DNA from: Pseudomonadota bacterium
GTDB lineage: Bacteria > Bdellovibrionota_B > Oligoflexia > Oligoflexales > CAIMVM01
Assembly: GCA_037142195.1 (NCBI GenBank)
Contig: JBAXBA010000001.1
Span: 96,001-160,000 of the forward strand
Direction: 5' to 3'
DNA: 64,000 bases
Below, piece after piece: positions 37,419 to 48,138 of this stretch. The stretch's first letter is position 1, and each line of letters begins with the position of its first letter. Under the pieces are notes generated by a model. That model made no database searches. It saw only the letters and a list, made by a program, of their open reading frames with translations, and was not told the DNA's origin. The translations under genes and the position numbers were made by a program.

Positions 37419-40400
37419 TTACTTAAGCAGAATGGTTTCTACGCCACCCTCAACCAATAGGCCCCGGGCTATTTTTGAGCCCGGCACATAGACGGCGTCC
37501 GACTGGGATGTCTTTTTAAGGGACATTGTCGCACCATTTTTAAGGGTTTCTAGAGATTGCTTTATTACTGAGAGCTTATCTAGATCTAGGGATTGCCACT
37601 TGTCACCATTTAGAAACTCATCGCCAAAAGACTGCATGGCTATCTTGACGCCGATCGAGCTTGAAAGGTCTTTGCCAAGAGCTTTAGTTAGAGCTTCCAA
37701 AGGAATATTTAAAACTTGCACTGTGCTCATTTTGTAAAGCTTTTGTTGAGTGAAATCAAGCACTGCTACTGTAAAGGGCATGATCTCTGGCTTTTCTTTT
37801 TTAGCTTCTGCCTGGTTGAAAGTCGCAATTTCTTGGGCTTTAGAAAAATCAATCAAGGCTGTGCCGGTGGCATTCTCCAGGGACGGCTCATTGACGAGGG
37901 AGGACAGATCAGAGGAGAGTACGGCTTCCACATCGGTCTTTCCATCGTTGTTGAGATCCAATTGAATGGAAGGCTCACACAAGGTATTGATTTCATGTTT
38001 CGTTTGCACAGAAATAGCGACCTGAAGCGTCTTCTTGTCGTCTTGATCAAGGATTCTTGCCGCTGCTGACCGAAGGTCACAAGGATTTAAGGTACCCACG
38101 TCCAGTTTTTGTTTGGAAACGTTACTGGTACCTATAAGTTTAAAGTCTTTTAGAACTTCTATATCTGAACCTGAACGATTCGTGATGGTAGTTTCGCGGC
38201 TCAGAGGGTTGTAGCGAGCGCTAAGCTCTAAGTCATCTCTGATGATTCCAAGAAAAGGAACCGAAGCCACTTTTTTTCCAGAAGCGTCACTTAGAATGAT
38301 AAATCCATCAACCTCGGAAGACTCTTTACCAAGATACTCAAATTCCACTGTCAGTTCTGATTTTGAGTGGGCTGGGACCATAAGGGTGCTTTTCGTTTTT
38401 ACTTTGATGAGCTCTTTAGAAAGAGAGCTGATGGCAAAAACTTTATCTTCTGAACTCTTATTTTCTACAACTATTTTTTTACTCAGTGATCTAGATGCAT
38501 CTTTTTCCACAAACCCTAGAGAAAGAGCATTGGGGGTCATGAGCACATCGGTCGCCACAGCTAAGTCCACTTGAACTCGTCCCGCACCTTGGTTGGCAAC
38601 ATCTGCAAACCCAGACTTGCCTTGTAAAATTTTAGAACTGTTCATAAGGCGAGTGTTCAGTTCGGAAACGCTCGCATTCGGGAGAGCTTGTTTCATCAAA
38701 GCCATGACGCCCGCCATATGGGGAGCAGCCATCGAAGTTCCACTCATGCGAATCCCCTCACTGCCCTTGCCTGCGCCGGCTGAAAGGATGTTTTGGCCGG
38801 GAGCAGAAATCTGTGGCTTGATGAGACCATCGCCAAGACGCGGCCCCCTAGAGCTAAAATCCGTAATGCGGTCTATAAACTCTGGCTTTTCGATCTTCTT
38901 GCCGTTATTGAATTCAAAGACAACGGTTTGAGACTTCATGGCCTCTTTAATGGCATCACCATTTTTAAGGGAAATCATCACGATGGGAACATCTTTAGCG
39001 ACATCTGAAACGCTAGGGCTTACAGGTTCACTGTCGTTCTTATTCACGATCACCACACCTTTCGCCTTTGCTTTAAGGGCGCGGTCGACTTTTTCTTGAA
39101 ACGTGACCACTCCGCGATCGATCAGGGCGATCTTACCGGCGAGAGCGGCCTCCATCTCAGGGGAGAGATCTTTATCGGCAAGTCCAATGTATACAAGGTC
39201 GCCAGAAACCCCTAAAAAGGCTTCCGGTTTGTCACAGGTCGGTGCCCATTTGGATTCCATCAAAAGGGTTTCAGCCTTAAGAACGACGGAGCTTGCGCTA
39301 AACTGCCAGTTCACCGCGTCATTATCGACGGAGGCCGCTATACTTAACTGCCCTTCATAAAGAGTCGAGGGGGCACCGACGATAAACGGAACATCTCCGG
39401 AATTGCCCGCAGAAATCACTACTGCTACTCCAGCTTTTTCTAAAGTCTTTAAAGCGATCGGATAGGGTCTATCAACTGGCATACCAAATGATGAGCCAAG
39501 AGATAGGTTGAGCACATCGAGACGATCACTTGGGTCTAAGTCGCCATTGGGGTCCACAGCATAGTCCAGGGCAGCCATCACAATTTCATCCGTGGTACTG
39601 CCACCTTTAGGAAAGACCTTTATGGCATAGAGAGTCGCATCTGGCGCTACCCCATTATAAGTATGAATGCCATCGCCCACCCCGGCAGCCGTCCCTGCCA
39701 CATGGGTTCCGTGCTCATCGGCATCCAGTGGGTCAGGATCTGGCTGAGGGATCTCGAGATCTCCTTGTTTAAGCCATTTATCGCCAGAAAGATCGGTTCC
39801 ACCTTGGACTTTAGCTGTGGGAAATGACCCCGGTTCAATGATGGATTTATCATTGTCACTGTAGTCCGAGGGAAGGCCACTTCCGCCAAACATCTTATGA
39901 GTGTAATCAATGCCGGTATCTATGATGCCAATTTTAATGCCTTTTCCAGCGATCCCCTGTTCATTAAGCTTGGTGGCTCCAATCCAGCCCGTAGAGGACG
40001 CTTCCACAAGCGCTGCTTCTAGGTTTTTTTGAGCTTCCATTTTTTGGAAGGCTTCGGGCTGGGGAATGCGAGAGGACGAGTGCAGAGCCTTCACGCCCTT
40101 AAGAGAGGCGACCTTTTCGACATCTGACTTGGAAATCATGATGGCTAACCCATTGAAATTCATGCGGTAACGAAAAAGGACTCGCGCATGAGGTATTTTA
40201 GCCAAAAGCTCCCTTTCGGCATCTTTTTGTTCTTTTAAGATCATGTCCTTAGCTTTTTGAGAGATGATCAACTTGCCATCTTTTCTCTCAGCGCCTTCGA
40301 TAAGGGCTAGAGACTTCAGCTGGATGATTTTGATCACCCCATCTGCCGGAGCGCCGCGGGTTGAAAAGGCCGCCGGATCACTCACAAGGCTTGGAACAAG

Positions 40401-40472
40401 GTTCGAAGGCTTTGTGCACGCACCAACGGCCACAGACGACGCTAACAGCAGATACTTTTTCATTTGTTTCAC
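37419..40472 (-). CDS. S8 subtilisin-like serine protease with PA domain, lipoprotein (Vpr-like)
   Basis: IIDTGID, HGTHVAG, SAGNSG, LIDRGVVTF (PA domain), SGTSMAAPH; RBS AGGAGG before GTG 40472 gives MKQMKKYLLLASSVAVGAC. Confidence 0.92.
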   Translation of the reverse strand: MKQMKKYLLLASSVAVGACTKPSNLVPSLVSDPAAFSTRGAPADGVIKIIQLKSLALIEGAERKDGKLIISQKAKDMILKEQKDAERELLAKIPHARVLFRYRMNFNGLAIMISKSDVEKVASLKGVKALHSSSRIPQPEAFQKMEAQKNLEAALVEASSTGWIGATKLNEQGIAGKGIKIGIIDTGIDYTHKMFGGSGLPSDYSDNDKSIIEPGSFPTAKVQGGTDLSGDKWLKQGDLEIPQPDPDPLDADEHGTHVAGTAAGVGDGIHTYNGVAPDATLYAIKVFPKGGSTTDEIVMAALDYAVDPNGDLDPSDRLDVLNLSLGSSFGMPVDRPYPIALKTLEKAGVAVVISAGNSGDVPFIVGAPSTLYEGQLSIAASVDNDAVNWQFSASSVVLKAETLLMESKWAPTCDKPEAFLGVSGDLVYIGLADKDLSPEMEAALAGKIALIDRGVVTFQEKVDRALKAKAKGVVIVNKNDSEPVSPSVSDVAKDVPIVMISLKNGDAIKEAMKSQTVVFEFNNGKKIEKPEFIDRITDFSSRGPRLGDGLIKPQISAPGQNILSAGAGKGSEGIRMSGTSMAAPHMAGVMALMKQALPNASVSELNTRLMNSSKILQGKSGFADVANQGAGRVQVDLAVATDVLMTPNALSLGFVEKDASRSLSKKIVVENKSSEDKVFAISSLSKELIKVKTKSTLMVPAHSKSELTVEFEYLGKESSEVDGFIILSDASGKKVASVPFLGIIRDDLELSARYNPLSRETTITNRSGSDIEVLKDFKLIGTSNVSKQKLDVGTLNPCDLRSAAARILDQDDKKTLQVAISVQTKHEINTLCEPSIQLDLNNDGKTDVEAVLSSDLSSLVNEPSLENATGTALIDFSKAQEIATFNQAEAKKEKPEIMPFTVAVLDFTQQKLYKMSTVQVLNIPLEALTKALGKDLSSSIGVKIAMQSFGDEFLNGDKWQSLDLDKLSVIKQSLETLKNGATMSLKKTSQSDAVYVPGSKIARGLLVEGGVETILLK

Positions 40473-40703
40473 CAAAAATCCTCCTGCCCTTTTTTTGGGC
40501 ACATGGGTCATATCTCCCCCCATAATCACTTGTCAAATAGTTTAAATTACGGGCAAATCAGTTTTGGTCTTGAGGGGTTACATGGGATCTTAGATCCCAT
40601 CCTTCAGATCTCTTTTGGCCGTTCGGCTAACGGGTTTCTTTTATTGGCTGAAAACAAGACTCACCTATGATAGAAACTCGGACCCCAAGATTGGACATAA
40701 AAC

Positions 40704-42773
40704 ATGGTTGATTTAGACTCCTTAAATCCCGAGCAACGACTGGGAGTGACCCATTTTGAAGGCCCCACCATGATTTTGGCGGGAGCCGGCACAGGAAAAA
40801 CTCGGGTCATCACCTGCCGCATCGCGTATATGCTTGATGCTGGTGTTGCGCCAGAGACCATAGCCGCAATGACGTTTACAAACAAAGCCGCTCGCGAGAT
40901 GAAAGAACGTATCAGACCCATGGTGGGGAGTGCGCGCGCCAAAAAGCTTTCGATTTCGACATTTCACTCATTTTGTCTGAACATTATTAGAACTTGGCCT
41001 CAGAAAATGGGCCTGGAAAAAGGATTCACACTGGTAGGTACAGGAGACCAACTAGATCTTGTACGCCGCGCTTTAGATGAAAAAGGTTGGTCCGGCCTTT
41101 ACAAGCCCGATGATATATTGGCTCAAATTGGTGCCTGCAAAAACTGGCTGCTCAGCCCCGATGCTGTAAAGCGCGGCGAACTCCCACGCGGCGCCACCAT
41201 TGATGACCCTGCCCTTCTTGGGGTTTGTTACGAGCTTTATGAAAGACAGCTGAAGTTAAATCGCGCAATAGACTTTGATGACTGCATTTTAAAAGTCATT
41301 TTCGCCCTAAAAGAGCATGAAGATTTTAGGTTAAAACTGCTTGAGAAATACCAATACCTTCTTGTCGATGAATTTCAAGATACCAACTTTGCTCAATTCG
41401 AACTTTTGGAAGCCTTGTCCCACCCGCGCAACAATGTCTGTGTCGTAGGAGATGACGATCAGTCCATTTATTCTTGGCGAGGCGCAATGTATGAAACCCT
41501 AGAAAAGTTTCAAAGCGTGTTTCCTGGAACCAAGATGATTAAGCTCGAACAAAATTATCGCTGTACCAATGTCATCTTGAATGCCGCAAACTCTGTCATC
41601 AAAAACAACTCACGCCGGATGGATAAAACTCTTTGGTCTGCATCCACTGGCAGTATGCCCATCGATGTGGTGCCCCACGAAGATGCCGTCGATGAGGCGC
41701 GCTGGACAGCGCAAAAGATCATCACTTTAATGGGTCAGGGTAAAAAACCCTCGGACATCGCCATACTTTACCGCGCCAACGCCCAGGCAGATCTCATGGA
41801 AAAAGCGCTGCGAGAGGCTTCCATTCCCTATAAAACCTTTGGGGGACAAAGCTTCTTTGAGCGTCAAGAAGTCAAAGACTTTATGGGATACTTGCGCCTC
41901 ATGGCAAGCGCAGAAGACCACCTTGCTTTGTGGAGGGTAATCAATACCCCGCCCCGCGGAATCGGTTTAAAGACACAAGAATGGATCGAGTCTCACGCCA
42001 AAGCTGGAAATACTTCGCCCTACAAAATCATGAAAGATCTACCTGGAACGGAATCTGAACGCCAGTCACAAGCTATTTCCGAATTTGTCTCCACACTGGA
42101 AACATTACGCCAGCTCCCTGTAAACACCCCGGATGATTTGGAAGCTCTAGGCGACGCCATCAATTCTAGCTTTCGACTGGTTGACTACATCAAAGATTCG
42201 TCTAAAAACATCCAGGTTCGAGTTAAAAAACTTGAAAACCTCCGTTCTTTACCTAAATGGTTAAAAAAGGCCGGAGAAGACATGATCGCCGATGAAGGGG
42301 TTATTAACGGACATCGTTTATTAGACCGCCTTACCCTGCAAGACTCTACTTATGAAAAAGAAGACTCCGAAGGCCATCAATCAAATTATGTTTCCCTGAT
42401 GACGATTCATGCCTCGAAAGGACTCGAATTTCCGGTGGTTTTCCTTTGTGGTCTAGAGGATGGGCTTCTTCCCCACAAAAATTCTATTTTAAACTTCGAG
42501 TCCATTGCCGAGGAAAGACGACTCTTTTACGTCGCGATGACTCGTGCTAAAGAAAAACTCTTAATGACTTATGCTCATTTAAGACAGACTGGGTTTCAAA
42601 AAGAGATTCGAACTCCCTCTCGATTTTTAACCGAACTTCCTGAAAACGGTGTTATTTCAGCTTCACTTGTTCAAATATTAGAAGACAAAACGAAAGGCGA
42701 AGCGGACCGCAAAACAAAAACCTTAAGTCGGCTTTCTGCCATAAAAGAATCTTTACAAAAAGGTAGCCTCTAG
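40704..42773 (+). CDS. UvrD/Rep family SF1A DNA helicase (Rep-like C-terminus)
   Basis: AGAGTGKT, TFTNKAAREM, VDEFQDTN, VGDDDQSIYSWRGA, TIHASKGLEF, EERRLFYVAMTRA. Confidence 0.95.
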   Translation: MVDLDSLNPEQRLGVTHFEGPTMILAGAGTGKTRVITCRIAYMLDAGVAPETIAAMTFTNKAAREMKERIRPMVGSARAKKLSISTFHSFCLNIIRTWPQKMGLEKGFTLVGTGDQLDLVRRALDEKGWSGLYKPDDILAQIGACKNWLLSPDAVKRGELPRGATIDDPALLGVCYELYERQLKLNRAIDFDDCILKVIFALKEHEDFRLKLLEKYQYLLVDEFQDTNFAQFELLEALSHPRNNVCVVGDDDQSIYSWRGAMYETLEKFQSVFPGTKMIKLEQNYRCTNVILNAANSVIKNNSRRMDKTLWSASTGSMPIDVVPHEDAVDEARWTAQKIITLMGQGKKPSDIAILYRANAQADLMEKALREASIPYKTFGGQSFFERQEVKDFMGYLRLMASAEDHLALWRVINTPPRGIGLKTQEWIESHAKAGNTSPYKIMKDLPGTESERQSQAISEFVSTLETLRQLPVNTPDDLEALGDAINSSFRLVDYIKDSSKNIQVRVKKLENLRSLPKWLKKAGEDMIADEGVINGHRLLDRLTLQDSTYEKEDSEGHQSNYVSLMTIHASKGLEFPVVFLCGLEDGLLPHKNSILNFESIAEERRLFYVAMTRAKEKLLMTYAHLRQTGFQKEIRTPSRFLTELPENGVISASLVQILEDKTKGEADRKTKTLSRLSAIKESLQKGSL

Positions 42774-42917
42774 CACTCGCACCAAATGGATTCTTAAGCC
42801 TCCAGCCCATGAAAAGAAGAGGCTATGGAACTGTAAGTCTACTGACTGATTCGAATCTAAAAAAAAGTTATGGGGCCCAGGTAAAAGGAGTCGAACAAAG
42901 TGCTATTTATCGGCCAT

Positions 42918-43787
42918 TCAAACGTCAAGTGTGCCTTTTTCCTTAACAAAAGCCTTCAACTTTTCAATAATTCTTGCTTCTATCTGGCGGGCTCTTTCTC
43001 TCGTGATCCCAAACCTGGTGCCGATGTCTTGCAAGGTCAAGGGCTCCTCGGAGGTCAATCTCAGATCGAATAGCTCTTGATCACGGCCTTTAAGGGAGTC
43101 TCTAAATTCCACTAAGTATCCAGAAAAAAGGACTTTTACTTGTTGGTCAGCAAGGTAGTCTTCGATGGTTTCTTGATCATCAGTCAACAAATCTGCTCGT
43201 GTACTATTAGAATCCACATCAAGGGGCGCGTCCAAGGAAACATCGCGGGAGGCCAACCGTTTTTGCATTTCAATCACGTCTTTTTCTGGAACTTTGAGAC
43301 TGGAGGCTAAAAGCTTAGAGTCTACTTTTTCATATTCTAAAAGGAGTCTTTCTGTTTCCTTTCGTAAGTTATAAAAAAGCTTTCTTTGGGCGGCAGTTGT
43401 AGCAATTTTAACCTGGCCATTATTATCCAGTAAGTATTTCAAAATATAAGCCTTAATCCACCACGCGCCGTAAGAGGAAAGCCTTACGCCTTTGTAAGGG
43501 TTATATTTTTTGACCGCCTGCATCAGGCCATAGTTGCCTTCTTGAACCAAGTCTAAGAGATTGGACTGGGCTTTGCGAAACTCGTTGGCAATTTTTACCA
43601 CCAGGCGAAGGTTTGAAGTGATCAGGCGATGAGCTGCTGCCACATCTCCCTCATCAAAATGTCTCTTGGCGAGTTCTAACTCTTCTTCTGGCTCAAGTAG
43701 GGGATATTTGGAAATTTCCTGTAGATATAGTTGCAGCGGTGTTAAACTACTTAAACTTTTAGAGCCGATTGTTGTAAGCTTGGTCAC
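42918..43787 (-). CDS. rpoH: RNA polymerase sigma-32 family factor
   Basis: NLRLVVKIA, DLVQEGNYGLM, RpoH box QRKLFYNLR, region 4 TRERARQIE. Confidence 0.9.
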   Translation of the reverse strand: MTKLTTIGSKSLSSLTPLQLYLQEISKYPLLEPEEELELAKRHFDEGDVAAAHRLITSNLRLVVKIANEFRKAQSNLLDLVQEGNYGLMQAVKKYNPYKGVRLSSYGAWWIKAYILKYLLDNNGQVKIATTAAQRKLFYNLRKETERLLLEYEKVDSKLLASSLKVPEKDVIEMQKRLASRDVSLDAPLDVDSNSTRADLLTDDQETIEDYLADQQVKVLFSGYLVEFRDSLKGRDQELFDLRLTSEEPLTLQDIGTRFGITRERARQIEARIIEKLKAFVKEKGTLDV

Positions 43788-43858
43788 GGCTTATATCCCA
43801 TGAAAGGTTAAGGCTCACGTAGAATACGCGCTCTTTTAACAAAATAAAGGAAAAAATC

Positions 43859-44791
43859 TTGGCAGGAATTGGTATCATCTCCAACCCCCACTCAAAACTG
43901 AACAAAAAGAACCCCGAGCGCCATAACTATCTCAGTTATATCGCTGGTAAAGAGGGTTTTGTTGCGGTGACAAAAAGCCTGGAAGACCTGGAAAAAGTAG
44001 CCTCCGATTTTAAGGAATCTGATGTCAAAATTATTGCCATTAATGGCGGTGACGGAACTATAGCCCACACCTTAACGGCCATAATAAGGACCTGGAAAGG
44101 CTCCCCGCTGCCTAAAATAGCCATCCTTCGCGGCGGCACCATCAATGTTTTGGCGCAAAACCTCGGGATCCGCGGGAGTCCAGAAGAAATCCTATTTCGG
44201 CTCATTGAGGGATATTCTCGGGGCGCACTGACGCAATCCACAAAACGCTATTGCATACATGTCAATGGAGTCTATGGTTTTTTGTTTGCAAATGGTGCTT
44301 GTGCCAACTTTTTAGAAGAGTTCTATAAAAATAAATCTGGCAAATTAGGTTCCATTTTTCTTTTACTAAAAGTCTTTTTTTCAAGATTATTTGATAAAGA
44401 GTTTTTTAATAGAATTGCTTCTATTGTTAAAACAGAGGTAAGGAATAATGACAAAATCCTTATGCATGAGCATGGAGCTATTTCCACATTGGCGGCTACC
44501 ATTACCCATATGCCACTAGGACCAAAGCTTTTTCCAAAAGCCGGCAAAGAAGGGGAAGAAATTCAATGTATTTCTTATGTTTGCTCATCTGACAGGATTC
44601 TTTTTCCAGTAATTAAAGATGTTCTATTATCCCCAAATCGCCCAACAGATGTTAAAATATCTTCAAGCGGCCGAAGTCTGACCATCGTGACTTCTCAACC
44701 AGTTAAGTACTCACTTGATGGTGAATTGTATCCAAGTAGCGAAAAAGTCACTCTTGAGCTGGGGCCAGAAATTGAGTTTGTACTTATCTAA
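43859..44791 (+). CDS. Diacylglycerol/lipid kinase family protein
   Basis: ISNPHS, NGGDGT, LRGGTIN, YSLDGEL. Confidence 0.85.
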   Translation: MAGIGIISNPHSKLNKKNPERHNYLSYIAGKEGFVAVTKSLEDLEKVASDFKESDVKIIAINGGDGTIAHTLTAIIRTWKGSPLPKIAILRGGTINVLAQNLGIRGSPEEILFRLIEGYSRGALTQSTKRYCIHVNGVYGFLFANGACANFLEEFYKNKSGKLGSIFLLLKVFFSRLFDKEFFNRIASIVKTEVRNNDKILMHEHGAISTLAATITHMPLGPKLFPKAGKEGEEIQCISYVCSSDRILFPVIKDVLLSPNRPTDVKISSSGRSLTIVTSQPVKYSLDGELYPSSEKVTLELGPEIEFVLI

Positions 44792-44813
44792 AAACAAAAG
44801 TAACGCGGGTTAT

Positions 44814-45869
44814 ATGAACTCAATACGCGGCAGTTTAGATGTCACTCCAGAATTGCTTTCTAGTCTTGCTGATGTCCTAGCTATGACGAGCCCAAAGATT
44901 TCTTATCTTGCAGGCGATGGCAGCGATCGTTCCTATTATAGAGTTGCAGATGCTAGTGGGCTTGGAAAAGCCGTTTTGATGTATTTGTCTGAGAGCGATG
45001 CCAAGCTGCTCGCCTTTGGTCGTTATGATTGGACTCATATTAGAAAGACTTTCGACTCAGCAAGGCTTCCTGTACCTCAAATTTTAGCTAAAATGCCTGA
45101 AAAGCGTCTACTTATTATAGAAGACTGTGGCGATGAGACCTTAGAGATGGCCGTAAGAAATGCCCCTACGGCCCATGAGCGAATTGCCTCCTATCAGACC
45201 CCTTTAGAGCACATTGCCCAAATGCTTCAAATTTCTCCCCAACTCGACGAGGTTTGGAGCTCAAGATCCTTTGATTATGAAAAACTTCATTTTGAACTGA
45301 TGTTTTTTACTGAGCACTATGTTGTGGGCTTTATGAAAAAAGCCGGGCTTTCCGAAATAGACTTCCAAGCTTTGATGGCCGATTGCTCGAGTTTGGCACA
45401 GTGGCTTGCCTCAAAAAGCAAATACCTCACTCATCGCGACTATCACTCGAGAAATATCCTTGTAGACAAAGGTCGTTATACCCTTATTGACTTCCAAGAT
45501 GCGCGCGTCGGATCTGCCTCCTACGATATGGTGTCGCTGGTCTTTGATCCCTATGTGGCCCTAAGCCTTAAAGAGCGTCAGACTTTGCTCGAACAGGGCC
45601 TGGAAATCGTGGGCAAACATTCTGAAACAGCTCGACTTGACTTGTTAGAGTCTTGGAAGCCTAGCGCTCTTCAGCGTCTCATAAAAGCATTGGGCTCGTT
45701 TGCTTATTTGACTCAAGTCAAAAACCGTGGCGACTATCTAAGTTATGCGCCGAGAACAGTCTCTTTGCTTAAACAACTCTCAATTGAAGATGCGCGTTGG
45801 CCTTTTTTATCTGGCCGATTCATAGAGTGCGTAGAGTCCCATCTGTCAGCGCTGGATTCAAATGACTAG
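44814..45869 (+). CDS. amgK: Anomeric MurNAc/GlcNAc kinase (APH fold)
   Basis: LAGDGSDRSYYRV, IEDCGD, THRDYHSRN, IDFQDA, QRLIKALG; next to murU; start moved to ATG 44814. Confidence 0.85.
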   Translation: MNSIRGSLDVTPELLSSLADVLAMTSPKISYLAGDGSDRSYYRVADASGLGKAVLMYLSESDAKLLAFGRYDWTHIRKTFDSARLPVPQILAKMPEKRLLIIEDCGDETLEMAVRNAPTAHERIASYQTPLEHIAQMLQISPQLDEVWSSRSFDYEKLHFELMFFTEHYVVGFMKKAGLSEIDFQALMADCSSLAQWLASKSKYLTHRDYHSRNILVDKGRYTLIDFQDARVGSASYDMVSLVFDPYVALSLKERQTLLEQGLEIVGKHSETARLDLLESWKPSALQRLIKALGSFAYLTQVKNRGDYLSYAPRTVSLLKQLSIEDARWPFLSGRFIECVESHLSALDSND

Positions 45870-46881
45870 AGACCTTGCTGGGATCATTTTGGCTGCGGGG
45901 CTCGGCACTCGCCTAAGGCCTATTTCTGGGGGCGTTCCTAAGCCCTTGGTTCCTTTTTTTTCTCTGCCTCTTTTAGAGTTTGTCTTTAAAAAATTCGCTT
46001 TGGCGGGAATTTCCGATGTGGGACTCAATACCCATTTTTTACCAGAGAAGATCGAGGAGTATCTTAAGACCTTTAACCATGGTGATGTCTTTTTATCCAA
46101 AGAAACTCCTGAGATTCTTGGAACCGGTGGTGCCTACTATGGCTTTAAACCTTGGGTAAAGAACCGAACTACCGTAGTCTGCAATGGCGATGTGCTCACA
46201 TCTGCAGATCTTGGCGCCATTGTGGATCATCATTTTAGTACAGATGCCTTTGTCACTATGGGTGTGCGTCATCAACCCCATGACACGGGGTCCCAAATTT
46301 GGGTAGACAAGGGCTTAGTCGTGCATATTGGGCCTAACAACGCAGGGTTTACTCACGCTAGTCCCCATGGATTTAACTGTATTCGCGTACTAAATCGTGA
46401 TTTTTTTGATCAAATTCCAAAACCTGAGTACTCAGAGTTTGTACCGATCATCTTGCGACTGATCAAAGAAGGAAAAAAGATTGTCGCCTTTGAACAGCCT
46501 GGAGACTGGTTTGACTTAGGAACCCCTGAAGACTATTTTAAAGCCCATCAGCATGTACTTCGGGAATGGTCAGCGGGAAGAGATCCTTTTTTAGTCATGA
46601 AAACACTTCAGGATCTGGGTCGGCCATTTACATTCATTCCTGCTGAGGAAACAGCAGTATTTTCAAGCTCTAAAATTGTTGGTCCCAGCTTTATGGCCCT
46701 GGATCTTGAGGGACTCAAAGGCAATTCTATTGGCCCAAATGTGGTGATTTCTAGGGGAATTTCTCTCGGTGAGGGCTGTCGTATTCAATCGTCTGTTGTA
46801 AACGAGGGCTGTAACATCAAAGATGACCTTACACTAAGCATTATCGGTCAGGACTATTCTATTTCGGCACAGACTCTCTAA
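45862..46881 (+). CDS. murU: MurNAc-1-phosphate uridylyltransferase / NDP-sugar nucleotidyltransferase
   Basis: ILAAGLGTRLRP, PKPLVP, ILGTGG, CNGD, WFDLGTP; overlaps amgK. Confidence 0.78.
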   Translation: MTRDLAGIILAAGLGTRLRPISGGVPKPLVPFFSLPLLEFVFKKFALAGISDVGLNTHFLPEKIEEYLKTFNHGDVFLSKETPEILGTGGAYYGFKPWVKNRTTVVCNGDVLTSADLGAIVDHHFSTDAFVTMGVRHQPHDTGSQIWVDKGLVVHIGPNNAGFTHASPHGFNCIRVLNRDFFDQIPKPEYSEFVPIILRLIKEGKKIVAFEQPGDWFDLGTPEDYFKAHQHVLREWSAGRDPFLVMKTLQDLGRPFTFIPAEETAVFSSSKIVGPSFMALDLEGLKGNSIGPNVVISRGISLGEGCRIQSSVVNEGCNIKDDLTLSIIGQDYSISAQTL

Positions 46882-47097
46882 CTCTTTTCATCTCTTAATA
46901 TTTCTCTTGTCCCTGGGCTTCCATGCTGAGGATAGATTAGATTTATTTAGACCCCATATTTTTTTTCCATATAATCTTCAACGAATGTGTTGATGATTTT
47001 TTGGAAAGAAAACAGAAACCTCAACTAATCTCTTCTTGTCACCAGATCTTTTTAGCCTAAAACTCAAATCGAAACGGTTCTGAATGAAATAACCTAA

Positions 47098-48138
47098 TTA
47101 AACTTTGTCATTTGCCGCATGATGGCTTGTTACATAGGAAACATTTGATTTACTTGCATGTACTGTGTTGCTGTGATGGGAATCTAATTCTAAATCATGG
47201 TTGTCACTGGCTACTTTGTTTTGCTTGATAATGCTGGGGATGGTTTTGTTGGTTGCTGACATTTTTGGGTAGTTGACATAGTAAATCACGCCACCTTCTG
47301 TTAATGCTTCAGGATCTTGCACTTGTTCGTTTTCACGCCAAATCGCGCGCCACTTAGAAGACGTTCCATAGACTTTCATAGAAATCTTGGCGAGCGTGTC
47401 GCCTTTTACGACCTGGACCGAAGAGCGGCCTAGAGCCTCATAGCTTGATGCAAATGCAGAAGTCTCAGGTGATAACTGATAGTAAATAACTTCACCTGGA
47501 TAGATCTTGTTGGGATCTGATAGACCCGCAAGGCTTGCGAGATCCTTCCACATTTTGGCGTTGCCGTAGACTTTTTCAGAAATCTTAGCAAGTGTGTCGC
47601 CCTTTTCCACGATGTAGGACAATTTAGTGCCCATTTCCGGAAGGCCCGGCATGGAGGACACTTGAGGAGCTGCGCTCGGCGCTACTGCATTCTCTACTGG
47701 CGCTTGAGCCTGTTCAGGGGCTGCAACCTGAGAAACTGCGTTTTCTGTTGCCACGGGAGCAGAAACTTCTGCACTTTGCGCCGGCGCTTCTGCAGCTGCG
47801 CCAGCATCTGCAACAGGCTGCTCTGCTTGCGCGCTTGCGTCCCCAGCAGCGTTTGCACTGCTGACATCGTCAATGAGCGAGGCAAGTCCTTGCTCACCTG
47901 CTGGCGCTTCATTTACTTGAGCATTTGCCAAAGCTCCATTTTCACCGGAGGCTTGGTTTGCTCCTTGATCTGCTGCCGCACTTTCATTGTCTGACGCCCC
48001 ATTCGTCGCCTCTTGAGACTGGTCTGCCTCAATGGTTTCTTGCTGCGAATCAGAGCTTGAAGAACAAGCTCCTCCCGCTAGCCCGAGAATGAACGTCAGA
48101 AGCAAGCTGCGGCTTTTTTTGCCCCACCTAAAAATCAT
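47098..48138 (-). CDS. Lipoprotein with Ala/Gln-rich linker and two LysM domains
   Basis: RBS AAGGAGG before ATG 48138; lipobox LAGGAC; YIVEKGDTLAKIS and VQVVKGDTLAKIS repeats. Confidence 0.88.
   Translation of the reverse strand: MIFRWGKKSRSLLLTFILGLAGGACSSSSDSQQETIEADQSQEATNGASDNESAAADQGANQASGENGALANAQVNEAPAGEQGLASLIDDVSSANAAGDASAQAEQPVADAGAAAEAPAQSAEVSAPVATENAVSQVAAPEQAQAPVENAVAPSAAPQVSSMPGLPEMGTKLSYIVEKGDTLAKISEKVYGNAKMWKDLASLAGLSDPNKIYPGEVIYYQLSPETSAFASSYEALGRSSVQVVKGDTLAKISMKVYGTSSKWRAIWRENEQVQDPEALTEGGVIYYVNYPKMSATNKTIPSIIKQNKVASDNHDLELDSHHSNTVHASKSNVSYVTSHHAANDKV

Noticed and set aside
47690..48060. Repetitive-looking Ala/Gln/Pro codons
   Set aside because: Low-complexity linker of the LysM lipoprotein, not a DNA repeat or CRISPR array
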